64,000 nucleotides of DNA from an uncultured delta proteobacterium (lineage in GTDB: Bacteria; Desulfobacterota; Binatia; Binatales; Binataceae), in contig CAVQEQ010000003.1 of assembly GCA_963711565.1 (NCBI GenBank), positions 1,248,001 to 1,312,000 on the forward strand. Direction: 5' to 3'. Under the pieces are notes generated by a model. The model did no database searches. It was given only the letters and a program-made list of their open reading frames with translations, and was not told where the DNA came from. A program made the translations under genes and the position numbers. Below are positions 40,301 through 50,054 of this stretch, piece after piece (positions within the stretch are counted from its first letter, which is position 1; each line of letters opens with the position of its first letter).

Positions 40301-42790
40301 ATGGCCCGGTATTTTGCCCGGGGAATGGTGCGGCCCACGGTGCTGGCCGTACTCATCCTCCTGATTGGGTCCGCTGTCATCCTTCCGGTCGGCCATTCGC
40401 TCCGCGCCGGCGGTGCCAACACGATAACCGTCAATACGCTGCTTGATTCGAGCGTCGCGGGTGACGGCCTGTGCAGCTTGCGCGAGGCGATCGCCAATGC
40501 CAACGCCGAGTCGGATACCACCGCGGGCGATTGCGTGGCCGGCACCGGCAACGACACGATCGCCTTCAACCTGAGCGGAACGATCACGACTGCGAGCACA
40601 CTGCCCGCGATCGCGCACACCCTCGAAGTCGATGGCACCGGCCAGACGATCACTATTGATGGTGCCAGTACGCATGCAGTCCTCGTGAACTTCGCGGGCG
40701 CGCTCACATTGAACAACCTGACGATTGCCGACGGCAATTCGAGCGCCAACGGCGCAGGCGTAATCAACGACGGCAGCTTGACCGTCACCGCGTCGACCTT
40801 CCTTGCGAACACGGCAGTGGATGGCGGCGCCATCCTCAATTTCACCGGCGGCACATTGACCGTTACCAATTCCACCTTTTCGGGCAACGCAGCGGCCGCA
40901 GGCGGCGCTATCTACAGCGATCACGGCGGGACCGTCACCAACTGCACTTTCTCGAACAACAGTGCTACGGGCTCAGGCGCGGCAATCTTCGCCAATGGCG
41001 GCACGATCCAGATTGTGAACTCGATCCTGGCGAACAGCACCGGCACGAATTGCGGCTCGCAGAGCACCGGCGTCATCGGCAACGGCGGCTTCAATATCTC
41101 GGACGACGGTTCGTGCGATTTCGGGAGTAGCACCGGATTCAACGACGATACGCTCGGCGATAACGTCCTGCCGCTGCTCGACCCCGGCGGGCTGCAGAAT
41201 AACGGCGGATCGACTGAGACAATCGCGTTGCAACCTGACAGTCCGGCGATCGACGCGATCCCGATTGCCGATTGCCCGCCGACCGATCAGCGCGGCGATC
41301 CCCGGCCCGCCCCCGGCGATACCAGCGGCGGATGCGATATTGGCGCATTCGAATTGATGCAGCCCTCGCCGACGCCGACAGCGACAGCCACGGCGACGCC
41401 GACCGTCACAGCTACCGCCACCGCAACCGCAACCGTCACACCGACGCCCACGGCGACGAGCACTTCGACTCCTACGGCCACAGCAACCGCGACTGCTACA
41501 TCGACGGCGACGGTCACTCCCACGGCAACGGCGACGGCGACCGCAACGCCGACAGCGACTGTGACTGCTACGCCGACTGCCACCGCAACCGTGACTGCAA
41601 CGATTACGGCGACTCCGACTGCGTCGCCCACTCCCAAACCGCCGCCGCCGCCGAAACTCACCATCTCGCCCGCCTCGATTAGCTTCGGCAACGTCAAGAC
41701 GGGGAGCGCTCCGATCAAATCGATCACGCTTCACAACAAGAGCAAGACCAACGATCTGGTTACGGCGCCGGTTGTCAGCGGAGAATACTTCAGCCTCGCG
41801 AGCAACGGTTGCACGGCCGGAGTGCCGCCGGACGGGACCTGCAAGATCGGCGTGAGCTTTGCCCCTCTGGCCAAGGGCAAGAAGTTCACCGGCAGCCTGA
41901 CCTTTACCGATCAATCGAAGAAGAACAGTCACGAGATAAAGCTCAAGGGCAAAGGTGTCAGCACTCCGACGCCGAAGCCGACGCCCACGCCAACGTCCAC
42001 ACCGACGCCATCCGCGACCGTCACGCCGACCGGCACCGTGACTACGACGCCGAGTCCCACGATTACCCTCGGCATCACTCCGAGTGCCACGGCAACCAGC
42101 AGCGCGTCGCCGACCGCGACGGCAACTTCGACGACGCTCGCGACACCGACCCCGACTGCTACGTCAACCGCGACATATACGCTCACCAGTATTTCGGAAA
42201 CGATTTCGGGCTTTGTCGATTTGAACAACCCAGGCGCCACGCCCAACCCGGTTCAGACGACGCAGGCAGTCGCGGTCTCGACGCCTTCATTCACCGACAG
42301 CATCAGCGTGAGCGACACTAACGTGGTTATATCGGGATCGGCGTCCGCGTCGCAGAATTCTGAGGCCGAAGGCACGACGATTTCAGCCGATGAATCCGCG
42401 ACCGCCGACGCGGATCTATCGCTGTGTCCCGGGCCAACATCGCTGTGCACCGCCGAGAACCAGGGCATCACGGAGCTCGACGCGGAATTTTGCATTGCGT
42501 CGGACACGACCTATTCGCTGACTGGTTCGGTCCAAGCGACCGCAAGTGAGGATCTCGGCAACATCTCCGGCGTCGGAGTTGTGAGCCTGGAAACCGTCGG
42601 CCCGTCGCCGATCTCCCTGGTCAGTGAGCAGGCCACCAATGGCGAAGACGTTCCGATATCGTTGAGCCTGCCGCTGTCCGCGGGGTGCTACGACATGAGC
42701 GTCGAGGTATTTGCCGACGCGCTCCCCAGTGGAACAGGCGCCGGCAGCGTATCGGCAAGCTGCAACGTCCTGCTGAGTCCGTCACCGTAG
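40301..42790 (+). CDS. secreted CSLREA / beta-helix (choice-of-anchor Q) protein with Thr/Pro linkers and an Ig-like domain
   Basis: CSLREAI, GGAI/TFSGN repeats, LQNNGGSTETIAL..SPAIDA..DQRG..CDIGAFE; start uncertain (40286-40326). Confidence 0.9.
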   Translation: MARYFARGMVRPTVLAVLILLIGSAVILPVGHSLRAGGANTITVNTLLDSSVAGDGLCSLREAIANANAESDTTAGDCVAGTGNDTIAFNLSGTITTASTLPAIAHTLEVDGTGQTITIDGASTHAVLVNFAGALTLNNLTIADGNSSANGAGVINDGSLTVTASTFLANTAVDGGAILNFTGGTLTVTNSTFSGNAAAAGGAIYSDHGGTVTNCTFSNNSATGSGAAIFANGGTIQIVNSILANSTGTNCGSQSTGVIGNGGFNISDDGSCDFGSSTGFNDDTLGDNVLPLLDPGGLQNNGGSTETIALQPDSPAIDAIPIADCPPTDQRGDPRPAPGDTSGGCDIGAFELMQPSPTPTATATATPTVTATATATATVTPTPTATSTSTPTATATATATSTATVTPTATATATATPTATVTATPTATATVTATITATPTASPTPKPPPPPKLTISPASISFGNVKTGSAPIKSITLHNKSKTNDLVTAPVVSGEYFSLASNGCTAGVPPDGTCKIGVSFAPLAKGKKFTGSLTFTDQSKKNSHEIKLKGKGVSTPTPKPTPTPTSTPTPSATVTPTGTVTTTPSPTITLGITPSATATSSASPTATATSTTLATPTPTATSTATYTLTSISETISGFVDLNNPGATPNPVQTTQAVAVSTPSFTDSISVSDTNVVISGSASASQNSEAEGTTISADESATADADLSLCPGPTSLCTAENQGITELDAEFCIASDTTYSLTGSVQATASEDLGNISGVGVVSLETVGPSPISLVSEQATNGEDVPISLSLPLSAGCYDMSVEVFADALPSGTGAGSVSASCNVLLSPSP

Positions 42791-42799
42791 CAGCGCGCG

Positions 42800-44935
42800 T
42801 CAATGGCTCCAGGAGCGGGCGCAGCTTAGGATGTCGATCTGGGCGCCGTTTTCTACTGCGCGGTATTTTTCCAGATAGCTCGAATCGATTTGCTTGAGTG
42901 CCGGAGGCTCGCGCCGGCGCCATCGATTGCACGCGCCCGGGCCGCCGTTGTAGCCGGCATACGCCGAGCGCGCCAGATGACTCGCGATCGGCACCGGATC
43001 GAACTTCGGTTGCGCGGCCGACGCGTACTGCATCATCCGCGCGAGAATCTCGCAGCCGGCGCCCGCGTTGTAGAGCACGTCCCACTTGAGGCGCTCGATA
43101 TCGTAGAAGCCGCGCCAGACGTGCTTGTTCACCTGCATCAGGCCGATGTCGCCGGTAGCGGACTCGAGCCATCGGATGCGCGCGCCGTCAGTCACGAATT
43201 GGCGCCAGCAGCTTTCCTGCCACGCGGTGCTGAGCACGAGCGCGAGGTAGGTCTGCGCGTTGTCGGCAGCGACTCCGCCTTCGCCGAGTTGGTGCTCGGC
43301 GCTGAGTTTCAGCAGCATGCCCATGTCGATCCGGTAGGCGTCGGCGTTCGCTTCGTTGACGACAAGACGGTAGAGGCGATTGGCGACATTCTGCAGGCGA
43401 GGCATCAGCGCGGTGTCGCTCTCTTCGGCGGCGTCGGCATCAGGCGGTGAGAGAAGGGCCAGCAACCTGAGCGATAGCCCCGAGAGAGCAGAACCCTCAC
43501 CTGCCTCGCTGCGCGAGGCCGCCTCTCCCGTAAAATAACGGGCGAGGTAATTTCGGAACAATCGCGCGCTGGGGGCAGGCGTCGGAGTTGGTGTGGGGAC
43601 GCCTGTCGTGCTTGCGCCTGGAGATGCGGCGGGAGTTGAGGGCGGGATGTCTTCTTCTTCGATTGGGTGGTGGCTGGCCGGTGGCTCCGGGACCGCGAAA
43701 AGTTTTTTCAGGTCGCGATCTTCGCCGTAGTTGAACTGAAGCGGATCGGCGGTCGCGGTTGGCGCCATGATATGCGCGAGGCGGCGGAGGTCGGCCGCCG
43801 AGATGCGCACACCCAGCGCGGGCGCGGCCTGGTCGAGCGCAAATAACGCGTCGCCGGCCGAGATGAACGACATGAATTCGAGCGCGCGCGCTCCAAGCAT
43901 CCCGCGCTGCGCCGCCGCGCGGACCGCGTCGTGCAACTGGGTCCATTCGTCGAGGAACAAGAGGCGCACCGGATCGGGCCCAGCCGCGGCCGACGGATTG
44001 TTCAGCGCCTCGACTAGGCGGTAGCGGCTGTCGAGCAGGATTTGCAGCAACTGATCGCGGAACTGCTGGTCGCCGACCGCGCCGCCAAGCTGCTTGATCG
44101 AAAAAACCATGAACGCGTCCCATTGATCGAGCGTGTCCTGGAAGGCTTTGAGTTCAGCCGGCGTGGGCGAAGACGCAGCGCCGGGAATCGCGGTCGAGGC
44201 CGGCACGTCGGGGACGGTCATCACAAGCGTGACGCGGATACCGTCGTCGAGGGCGGCGATATTCGGCTCGGCGGTGAGGCTCGCGACCGCGGCGCGCACG
44301 CGATAGGCGGCATCAGGCGGAACCGAATCGGCGATCATCGCGGCGAGCTGCTGAACAGCGGGATTGAGATCGTAAGAAAAATCGTCGAGCCGCGGAATCA
44401 GGTAACCCTTGATCAGGTCGAAGCCCTGGCCGACGAGCACCGTTTTCTGATGGGCGGAATCGAAGACATTCAAATCGGTGAAATGAAATTTGAGCTGGAG
44501 GCCGGGCGCGATGTAGGGCACGCCGAGCGCCTGCACGATGCCGCTCCATTGGACGGCGTTCAGGCATCGCGAGCCCATCGCGACGCCCAGGCTGAGACTG
44601 TTGGCGGTCTCCAGTTGCACGGTCGCGGCGCCGCCCGCGGTCGCGCGCGCAAATTCCGGATTCTCGGCGTACAGAAACTGGCAGTCGTCGAGGCCGTTCC
44701 AAAGCTCGGCGCGTCCGCCGGGCGCCGTGTAGAGTTTGCGCTTCAACGCCTCGCGCAAAGTGATGTAGTCGATGGTGAGCGGAATGCGAACCTGCGATGC
44801 GCGCGCGCGAGCTGGGCGTGCGATGAAGATCACGACGATCGCGGTGACGATTATCCACAACCTGACCCCTGACCTCCTGGCTCGAGTGAAGCGAAATAAT
44901 CGCGGACAGAAGCGGGATCGGTCGGGGATATTCAT
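42800..44935 (-). CDS. large protein with C-terminal lytic transglycosylase (SLT) domain
   Basis: TAWQESCWRQF, GLMQVN, YNAGAG, AYAGYNGGP; N-terminal signal-like segment; start uncertain. Confidence 0.85.
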   Translation of the reverse strand: MNIPDRSRFCPRLFRFTRARRSGVRLWIIVTAIVVIFIARPARARASQVRIPLTIDYITLREALKRKLYTAPGGRAELWNGLDDCQFLYAENPEFARATAGGAATVQLETANSLSLGVAMGSRCLNAVQWSGIVQALGVPYIAPGLQLKFHFTDLNVFDSAHQKTVLVGQGFDLIKGYLIPRLDDFSYDLNPAVQQLAAMIADSVPPDAAYRVRAAVASLTAEPNIAALDDGIRVTLVMTVPDVPASTAIPGAASSPTPAELKAFQDTLDQWDAFMVFSIKQLGGAVGDQQFRDQLLQILLDSRYRLVEALNNPSAAAGPDPVRLLFLDEWTQLHDAVRAAAQRGMLGARALEFMSFISAGDALFALDQAAPALGVRISAADLRRLAHIMAPTATADPLQFNYGEDRDLKKLFAVPEPPASHHPIEEEDIPPSTPAASPGASTTGVPTPTPTPAPSARLFRNYLARYFTGEAASRSEAGEGSALSGLSLRLLALLSPPDADAAEESDTALMPRLQNVANRLYRLVVNEANADAYRIDMGMLLKLSAEHQLGEGGVAADNAQTYLALVLSTAWQESCWRQFVTDGARIRWLESATGDIGLMQVNKHVWRGFYDIERLKWDVLYNAGAGCEILARMMQYASAAQPKFDPVPIASHLARSAYAGYNGGPGACNRWRRREPPALKQIDSSYLEKYRAVENGAQIDILSCARSWSH
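43493..43550 (+). repeat. REP unit inserted in frame in the SLT gene
   Basis: ACCCTCACC-TGCCTCGC..GCGAGGC-CGCCTCTCCCGT..ACGGGCGAGGTAA, same family as 32750-32900. Confidence 0.75.
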
Positions 44936-45095
44936 GAATTGATGGTTTTGGTCACGCACGCGACTTGTTGCGCGTGCATCCGCCGCGCACTGGTGCCACG
45001 AGTCAACTATTATGGCAACTCTGCTTGTCCTTGAAAGCGGTTGTAGCGCTGATGATAATCGAATCAGATCAATCACCGAACTTTAGGTAAGCCCG

Positions 45096-45611
45096 ATGAG
45101 TACTGAACGTCAGGCAGACTTTTACGAAGCGGAACCGCCCCAGGCATCGCGCGAACTGGCTAAGCTGCGCGCGTCGAGCGACTACGTGGCGCCCTTCGAG
45201 ATCGTGCGGCGGCGGGTGATCGACGACGTTTACGACGGCAAGATGACCGTCGATGCGACCCTCATCATAAGGATCGGCGACGTCGAGGAAACCGAAGCGG
45301 CGTCCGGCGTCGGCGTGTTGCATGCGCTCGACGTCGCGCTGCGCAAGGCGCTGCTGAAATATTTTCCGTACCTTGAGCCGGTGAAAGTGATCGAAACCTA
45401 CCAGCATGCGACCGGCGCTTCGACCGAGGCGGACGTTGTGTCGGTGAAGAAATTTGCCGACGGCGATCTGGTGTGGACGACGCTGGCCAAGTCGTCGAAC
45501 ACGATGGAGGCGGCGTGGGTCTCGCTGATCGACGGTTACGAGTGGCGAATTGTCCAGGAGAAGGCGCGGCTGCGCCGGCTGCAGGCGAATCCAAGGTGGT
45601 CGAAGCGCTGA
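45096..45611 (+). CDS. stand-alone LeuA/CimA allosteric (regulatory) domain protein
   Basis: DATLIIRIG...EAASGVGVLHALDVALRKAL...WTTL...NTMEAAWVSLIDGYEW resembles the citramalate/IPM synthase C-terminus. Confidence 0.75.
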   Translation: MSTERQADFYEAEPPQASRELAKLRASSDYVAPFEIVRRRVIDDVYDGKMTVDATLIIRIGDVEETEAASGVGVLHALDVALRKALLKYFPYLEPVKVIETYQHATGASTEADVVSVKKFADGDLVWTTLAKSSNTMEAAWVSLIDGYEWRIVQEKARLRRLQANPRWSKR

Positions 45612-45615
45612 CCCG

Positions 45616-46044
45616 ATGAGTGCGGACGAGCAAGCGGCGAGCGGCGGCAAGGCGTCGGCGGGCAAGCTGGCGATTTTGTACGACGGCTCGTGCGAGATGT
45701 GCCGCGCGAGCCTCGACGGCATCCGGCAATTCGACAACTCGGGGAAGATGGAGCCGCTCGATCTTAATCAGGAGGACGTGCGCGCGCAGTTTCCCGAATT
45801 GAAGCTGGAAAATCTGCTCGAAGAGTTGCACGCGGTGGACGAGAGCGGGCGGGTCTATCGCGGTGCGCGGGCGATCAACGAGATTCTGCGGCGGCAGCGC
45901 GGGCTCAAGGGCTACCTCGCGTACCTGTGGTACGTGCCGGGCTACGCGTGGCTCGCGGATCGGCAGTACAAGCGGATCGCGGCGTCGCGATACTCACGCG
46001 ACGCGCGCGGCCGGCTGAAGGGGCAGGCAGTCGAGGAGCATTAG
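45616..46044 (+). CDS. DCC1-like thiol-disulfide oxidoreductase (DUF393)
   Basis: ILYDGSCEMC (DxxCxxC), GRVYRGARA, YKRIAASRY. Confidence 0.88.
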   Translation: MSADEQAASGGKASAGKLAILYDGSCEMCRASLDGIRQFDNSGKMEPLDLNQEDVRAQFPELKLENLLEELHAVDESGRVYRGARAINEILRRQRGLKGYLAYLWYVPGYAWLADRQYKRIAASRYSRDARGRLKGQAVEEH

Positions 46045-46063
46045 CAGCTCTCCGGTTTTTCAG

Positions 46064-46810
46064 TTACATCGCAAGTCCGCCATCTACCTGGATCACTGCG
46101 CCCGTAATGTATGCTGCGGCGTCGGTCAGCAGGAATGCGGCCATCGGCACCACGTCTTCGACCTTGCCGAAGCGGCCCAGCGGGATCATCGTGAGCGCCT
46201 GCGCGCGATTCTCTTCGGGCAGCGAGGCGGTCATGTCGGTCTCGATGAATCCGAGCGCCAGTGCGTTGACGCGGACGCCCAGCCGCCCTACTTCCTTCGC
46301 CACGGATTTCGTAAGCCCGATCAGTCCCGCCTTCGCCGCCGAATAGTTCGCCTGCCCCGGCAATCCGATAAGCCCGCTGACCGAGGTGATATTGAGAATC
46401 GAGCCGCGCTTCGCCTTCATCATCATGAACGCCGCCGCGCGCGCGAAATTAAACGCACCCGTTAGATTGACGCGGATGACTTCGTTCCAGTCCTCTTCCG
46501 ACATCATCACGAACACTTTGTCGCGCGTCATGCCGGCGTTGTTGACCAGACCGTCGATTTGCCCGAATTCCTTCTTGGTCGCGTTAACCATCTCGCGCAC
46601 GCTCTTGAGGTCGCCGACATCGACCTTGTACGCGAGCGCCTTCACGCCGAGCGTTTCGATTTCGGTTTTGAGATCGGCCGCATTCTGATCGCTCTTGAGG
46701 TAGTTGAACGACACGTTGGCGCCGCGCCGCGCGACTTCAAGCGCGATCGCCCGGCCGATTCCGCGCGTCGCGCCGGTGACGATAACTCCGCGCCCTTCGA
46801 GGTCTTTCAT
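46064..46810 (-). CDS. fabG: 3-oxoacyl-ACP reductase
   Basis: TGATRGIG, NNAGMTRD, GQANYSAAKAG, GFIETDMT, VDGGL. Confidence 0.88.
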   Translation of the reverse strand: MKDLEGRGVIVTGATRGIGRAIALEVARRGANVSFNYLKSDQNAADLKTEIETLGVKALAYKVDVGDLKSVREMVNATKKEFGQIDGLVNNAGMTRDKVFVMMSEEDWNEVIRVNLTGAFNFARAAAFMMMKAKRGSILNITSVSGLIGLPGQANYSAAKAGLIGLTKSVAKEVGRLGVRVNALALGFIETDMTASLPEENRAQALTMIPLGRFGKVEDVVPMAAFLLTDAAAYITGAVIQVDGGLAM

Positions 46811-46819
46811 CTTGTGCTC

Positions 46820-47386
46820 CTAAGTTGAGGCGGCGTCCGCCGCGGCCATCTCGCGCTCGAGCGTCGGACGGTACTGAGCGATGTACGACAGATAATTATA
46901 TCCGAAGCTGCGCTCAAGCTCGGCGTTATACTTCGGCGCGTCGGCGCCAAGGTCCTTCGCCAGCCACGTCAGCACCATCCACTCCTCGGAGCGCGGCGCC
47001 TTGCGCAACGCGTCGCGCCGCAGCATCACCTGCATGAGAGTGACGCCCGCGATATGCGCCAGCAGCGGGATCATCTCGCTCTCGTTGTTCTGCATCTCGT
47101 CGCGTGCAAACAGGTTCACCGAGTAGATGAGCATCGTCGCGATACACTTCGCGACCGAGTCGGGCGTCGCGCGATCGCAATACATGCTAAGCGGACCCTT
47201 GGGCGAAAGCGCGTACGCGAGGAAGTCGGCGTTGGCGTCGATAATCGTCGAGATGAACTGAACGGCGCGCGGCGAGCCCGCTTCGGCCAGGCGTGCGCGC
47301 GTCGCGTCGAGGCCAGGCTTCGCCAGCCGCCGCATGAAGCGCCGGCGCGCCGGAGACAGCCAGTAGAGCAATCCGGAGAGCATCAT
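46820..47386 (-). CDS. hypothetical protein
   Basis: Long ORF with typical codon use; start placed downstream of the terminator at 47413-47444. Confidence 0.7.
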   Translation of the reverse strand: MMLSGLLYWLSPARRRFMRRLAKPGLDATRARLAEAGSPRAVQFISTIIDANADFLAYALSPKGPLSMYCDRATPDSVAKCIATMLIYSVNLFARDEMQNNESEMIPLLAHIAGVTLMQVMLRRDALRKAPRSEEWMVLTWLAKDLGADAPKYNAELERSFGYNYLSYIAQYRPTLEREMAAADAAST

Positions 47387-47412
47387 CGATCCAGTTAACA
47401 CGCCCTTTGCTG

Positions 47413-47444
47413 AAAAGAAAAAGGCCGCCCGGTGAAGGCGGCCT
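47413..47444 (-). terminator. rho-independent terminator after the IscA-like gene
   Basis: AGGCCGCC-loop-GGCGGCCT stem followed on the minus strand by TTTTCTTTT. Confidence 0.75.
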
Positions 47445-47468
47445 CGCAAATCAATCCGTTTGGTAGAT

Positions 47469-47900
47469 CTAAGCGCTGAACGACGACCCGCATCCGCAGG
47501 TGCGGCTCGCGCGCGGATTGTCAAAACGGAATCCCGCGCCATGCAGCCCCTCGACGTAGTCGAGCGTAGTGCCCGCGATGTACGGCAGCGAAATCTCGTC
47601 GACCAACACCAGGACGCCGTCGAAATTCGTTACGCGGTCGTCTTCCTTCTTCGTGTCGAAGTTGAGCGAGTACTGAAAGCCCGAGCATCCGCCGCCGACC
47701 ACGCCGATTCGCATCCCATGCTCGGCGCTGAGGCCTTCCTTCGCGTGCATCTTGCGGACCATCTCGATCGCTTTGGGCGTCAGCTTGACGTCAGGGAGCG
47801 ACGCGATATCAACCGGCTGAGCCGGCGCATTCTGCTCGACGCGCTCGTGCTCATGACCATGATCGTGCCCGTGATGCTCGATATTAAGTCCGTCAGCCAT
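47469..47900 (-). CDS. iron-sulfur cluster assembly accessory protein (HesB/IscA/ErpA) with His-rich N-terminus
   Basis: GGGCSGFQY, GFRFDNP, TCGCGSSF. Confidence 0.94.
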   Translation of the reverse strand: MADGLNIEHHGHDHGHEHERVEQNAPAQPVDIASLPDVKLTPKAIEMVRKMHAKEGLSAEHGMRIGVVGGGCSGFQYSLNFDTKKEDDRVTNFDGVLVLVDEISLPYIAGTTLDYVEGLHGAGFRFDNPRASRTCGCGSSFSA

Positions 47901-48044
47901 TTTCGGTAGAAACCTCCAGTAAGCAGCGCTCACGACTCGCTCCTGCGCTGTATCAAGAACCTAATCATAGCAAATAGTCGAGTCAATGTATCCACAATTA
48001 TCCGCGCGAAAAGCCCAGCCGAATGCTAGCGTTTTGGCATCAAG

Positions 48045-49154
48045 ATGGACCCCCTGCGTGAAACTCTGACGCGCGTCGCGAACGAGCTGGGATTCGTTCT
48101 CGTTGGATTCGCGCGGCTGCGTCCACTGAGCGAGCACGAGGACTTTTATCGCCGGTGGCTCGCAGACGGCGGCAACGCGTCGATGACGTACCTCGCGCGG
48201 GAGCCCGAGCGGCGGCTCGACCCGCGCCAGCTCGACGCGCGCTACAGGTCGGTCGTGAGTCTCGGCTATCCGTACGCGGCGCGCGCGACGCCCGAGGTCG
48301 ATTGGCGCGCCGAGATGCGCGGCAGGATCGCGGCGTACGCGCTCGGGCGCGACTATCACGACGTGGTGAAGAAGCGGGCGCGCGCGGTCGGCAATGTCAT
48401 CCGGCAACTGCGTCCCGGCTCGACGACGCGGACGTACGTGGACACCGGGCCGGTCTTCGAGCGTGAATGGGCGTCGGCTTCGCGCATCGGATGGTTCGGC
48501 AAGAACACGATGATTCTGAATCGCGAGCACGGTTCGTACTTTTTTCTCGCCGAGATTTTCACCGATGTGGAATTCGACGCGACGACGGAGCCGTATCGCG
48601 AGCATTGCGGGTCGTGCCGGCGATGCCTCGACCTCTGTCCAACAGGCGCGCTCGCCGACGGCTACGTGATGCGCTCGGATCTGTGCATCTCGTATCAGAC
48701 GATCGAAAATCGCGGAGCGATTCCGCGCGAACTGCGGCCGAAGATCGGCAACTGGATCTTCGGGTGCGACATCTGCAACAACGTTTGTCCCTGGAACGAC
48801 GATCATGCGTCCGACGACAGCGCCGATGACCTGCTGCCGCGATTGCCCGAGCTGCTCGCGCTCGACGACGAACAGTTCGGCATCCGCTTCACGGTGAGCG
48901 CGGTGAAGCGCGCCAAGCGGCGCGGGCTGCTGCGCAACGTTGCGGTCGCGCTCGGCAACACGCGAAATCCCGACGCAATTGCGCCGCTCGCACGCGCGAT
49001 TGAAACGGAGTCCGAGCCGCTGATTCGCTCGCACGCCGCATGGGCGCTCGGCGAGATCGGAGGAGCCACGGCGCGGCGCGCACTCGAGCGCGCACTCCGC
49101 GACCGCGATACCGCGGTGCGTCGAGAAGCCGCGGCCGCGCTCGAAACAAACTGA
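48045..49154 (+). CDS. queG: epoxyqueuosine reductase
   Basis: YALGRDYH, VDTGPVFER, GWFGKN, CGSCRRCLDLCPTGA, CISY, FGCDICNNVCPWN; HEAT tail. Confidence 0.96.
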   Translation: MDPLRETLTRVANELGFVLVGFARLRPLSEHEDFYRRWLADGGNASMTYLAREPERRLDPRQLDARYRSVVSLGYPYAARATPEVDWRAEMRGRIAAYALGRDYHDVVKKRARAVGNVIRQLRPGSTTRTYVDTGPVFEREWASASRIGWFGKNTMILNREHGSYFFLAEIFTDVEFDATTEPYREHCGSCRRCLDLCPTGALADGYVMRSDLCISYQTIENRGAIPRELRPKIGNWIFGCDICNNVCPWNDDHASDDSADDLLPRLPELLALDDEQFGIRFTVSAVKRAKRRGLLRNVAVALGNTRNPDAIAPLARAIETESEPLIRSHAAWALGEIGGATARRALERALRDRDTAVRREAAAALETN

Positions 49155-49214
49155 TCGCGGGCGCTTGTCAAAGCGTCGGCGCAAAGCAAGACTGTTACGA
49201 ACGGTGCCCACGCG

Positions 49215-50039
49215 ATGAACGATGCACGACGGGAATTTGCGACGCTGGCGGCGAAAGAGCCGGTGCCATTGGCGCGCGGCGCGCTGCTGATCGCGAAAGA
49301 GGAGTATCCCAACCTCGACGTCGACGAGTACCTCGACAAGATCGCGACGCTGGCGCGCGAGGCTGAGCCGATCGTGCGCGCGGGCGAGGACACCGTCGAG
49401 CGCGTGCAGCTGCTGTCGCATTTTCTGTTCGAGCTGAAGGGCTTCGAGGGCGACCCCGAGAACCTCAACGATCCGCGCAACTCGTTTCTGAACGACGTGA
49501 TCAATCGGCGGCTCGGAATTCCGATCTCGCTCTCGGTGGTCTATCTCGAAGTCGGCCGCCGGCTCGGCATCAATCTCTACGGCGTTTCATTTCCGATGCA
49601 TTTCCTGGTCAAGGCGGTCGATGAACGCGGGGAGTTGATCATCGACCCCTTCGTCGGTGGAAAAATTCTCGCGCTCGACGAGATTCGCGCGCGCCTCACG
49701 CAAATTTACGGACAGCCGGTCGAGTTGAATCCCGCGATGCTGAAGGCGCGCGGCGCGCGTCACATCCTGGCGCGGATGCTGCGCAACCTGAAGATCATTT
49801 ATATGGGCGCGTCGGACTGGATGCGCGCGCTCGCCGCGCTCGATCGAATCATCATGCTCGAGCCGCGCTCTCTGGATGAGTTAGTCGAGCGCGGCGGCCT
49901 GTTCGAGCGGTTAGAATGCTTCAAGCCGGCGCTCGACGACTACCAGAGTTTTCTTTCGCAGGCGCCGGAGCATCCCGCGGCCGAGTCGGCGCGCGAAGCC
50001 GTCCTGCGCCTTATCCGCCAAGTCGCGCTGATTAACTGA
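49215..50039 (+). CDS. SirB1 family transglutaminase-like/TPR protein
   Basis: DPRNSFLNDVINRRLGIPISLS, FPMHFL, IDPF, RMLRNLK. Confidence 0.9.
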   Translation: MNDARREFATLAAKEPVPLARGALLIAKEEYPNLDVDEYLDKIATLAREAEPIVRAGEDTVERVQLLSHFLFELKGFEGDPENLNDPRNSFLNDVINRRLGIPISLSVVYLEVGRRLGINLYGVSFPMHFLVKAVDERGELIIDPFVGGKILALDEIRARLTQIYGQPVELNPAMLKARGARHILARMLRNLKIIYMGASDWMRALAALDRIIMLEPRSLDELVERGGLFERLECFKPALDDYQSFLSQAPEHPAAESAREAVLRLIRQVALIN

Positions 50040-50054
50040 CGCGCGACATCATAG

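Noticed and set aside
36685-42790. Integrative island at tRNA-Leu
   Set aside because: No integrase and no duplicated tRNA 3' end seen in the window.
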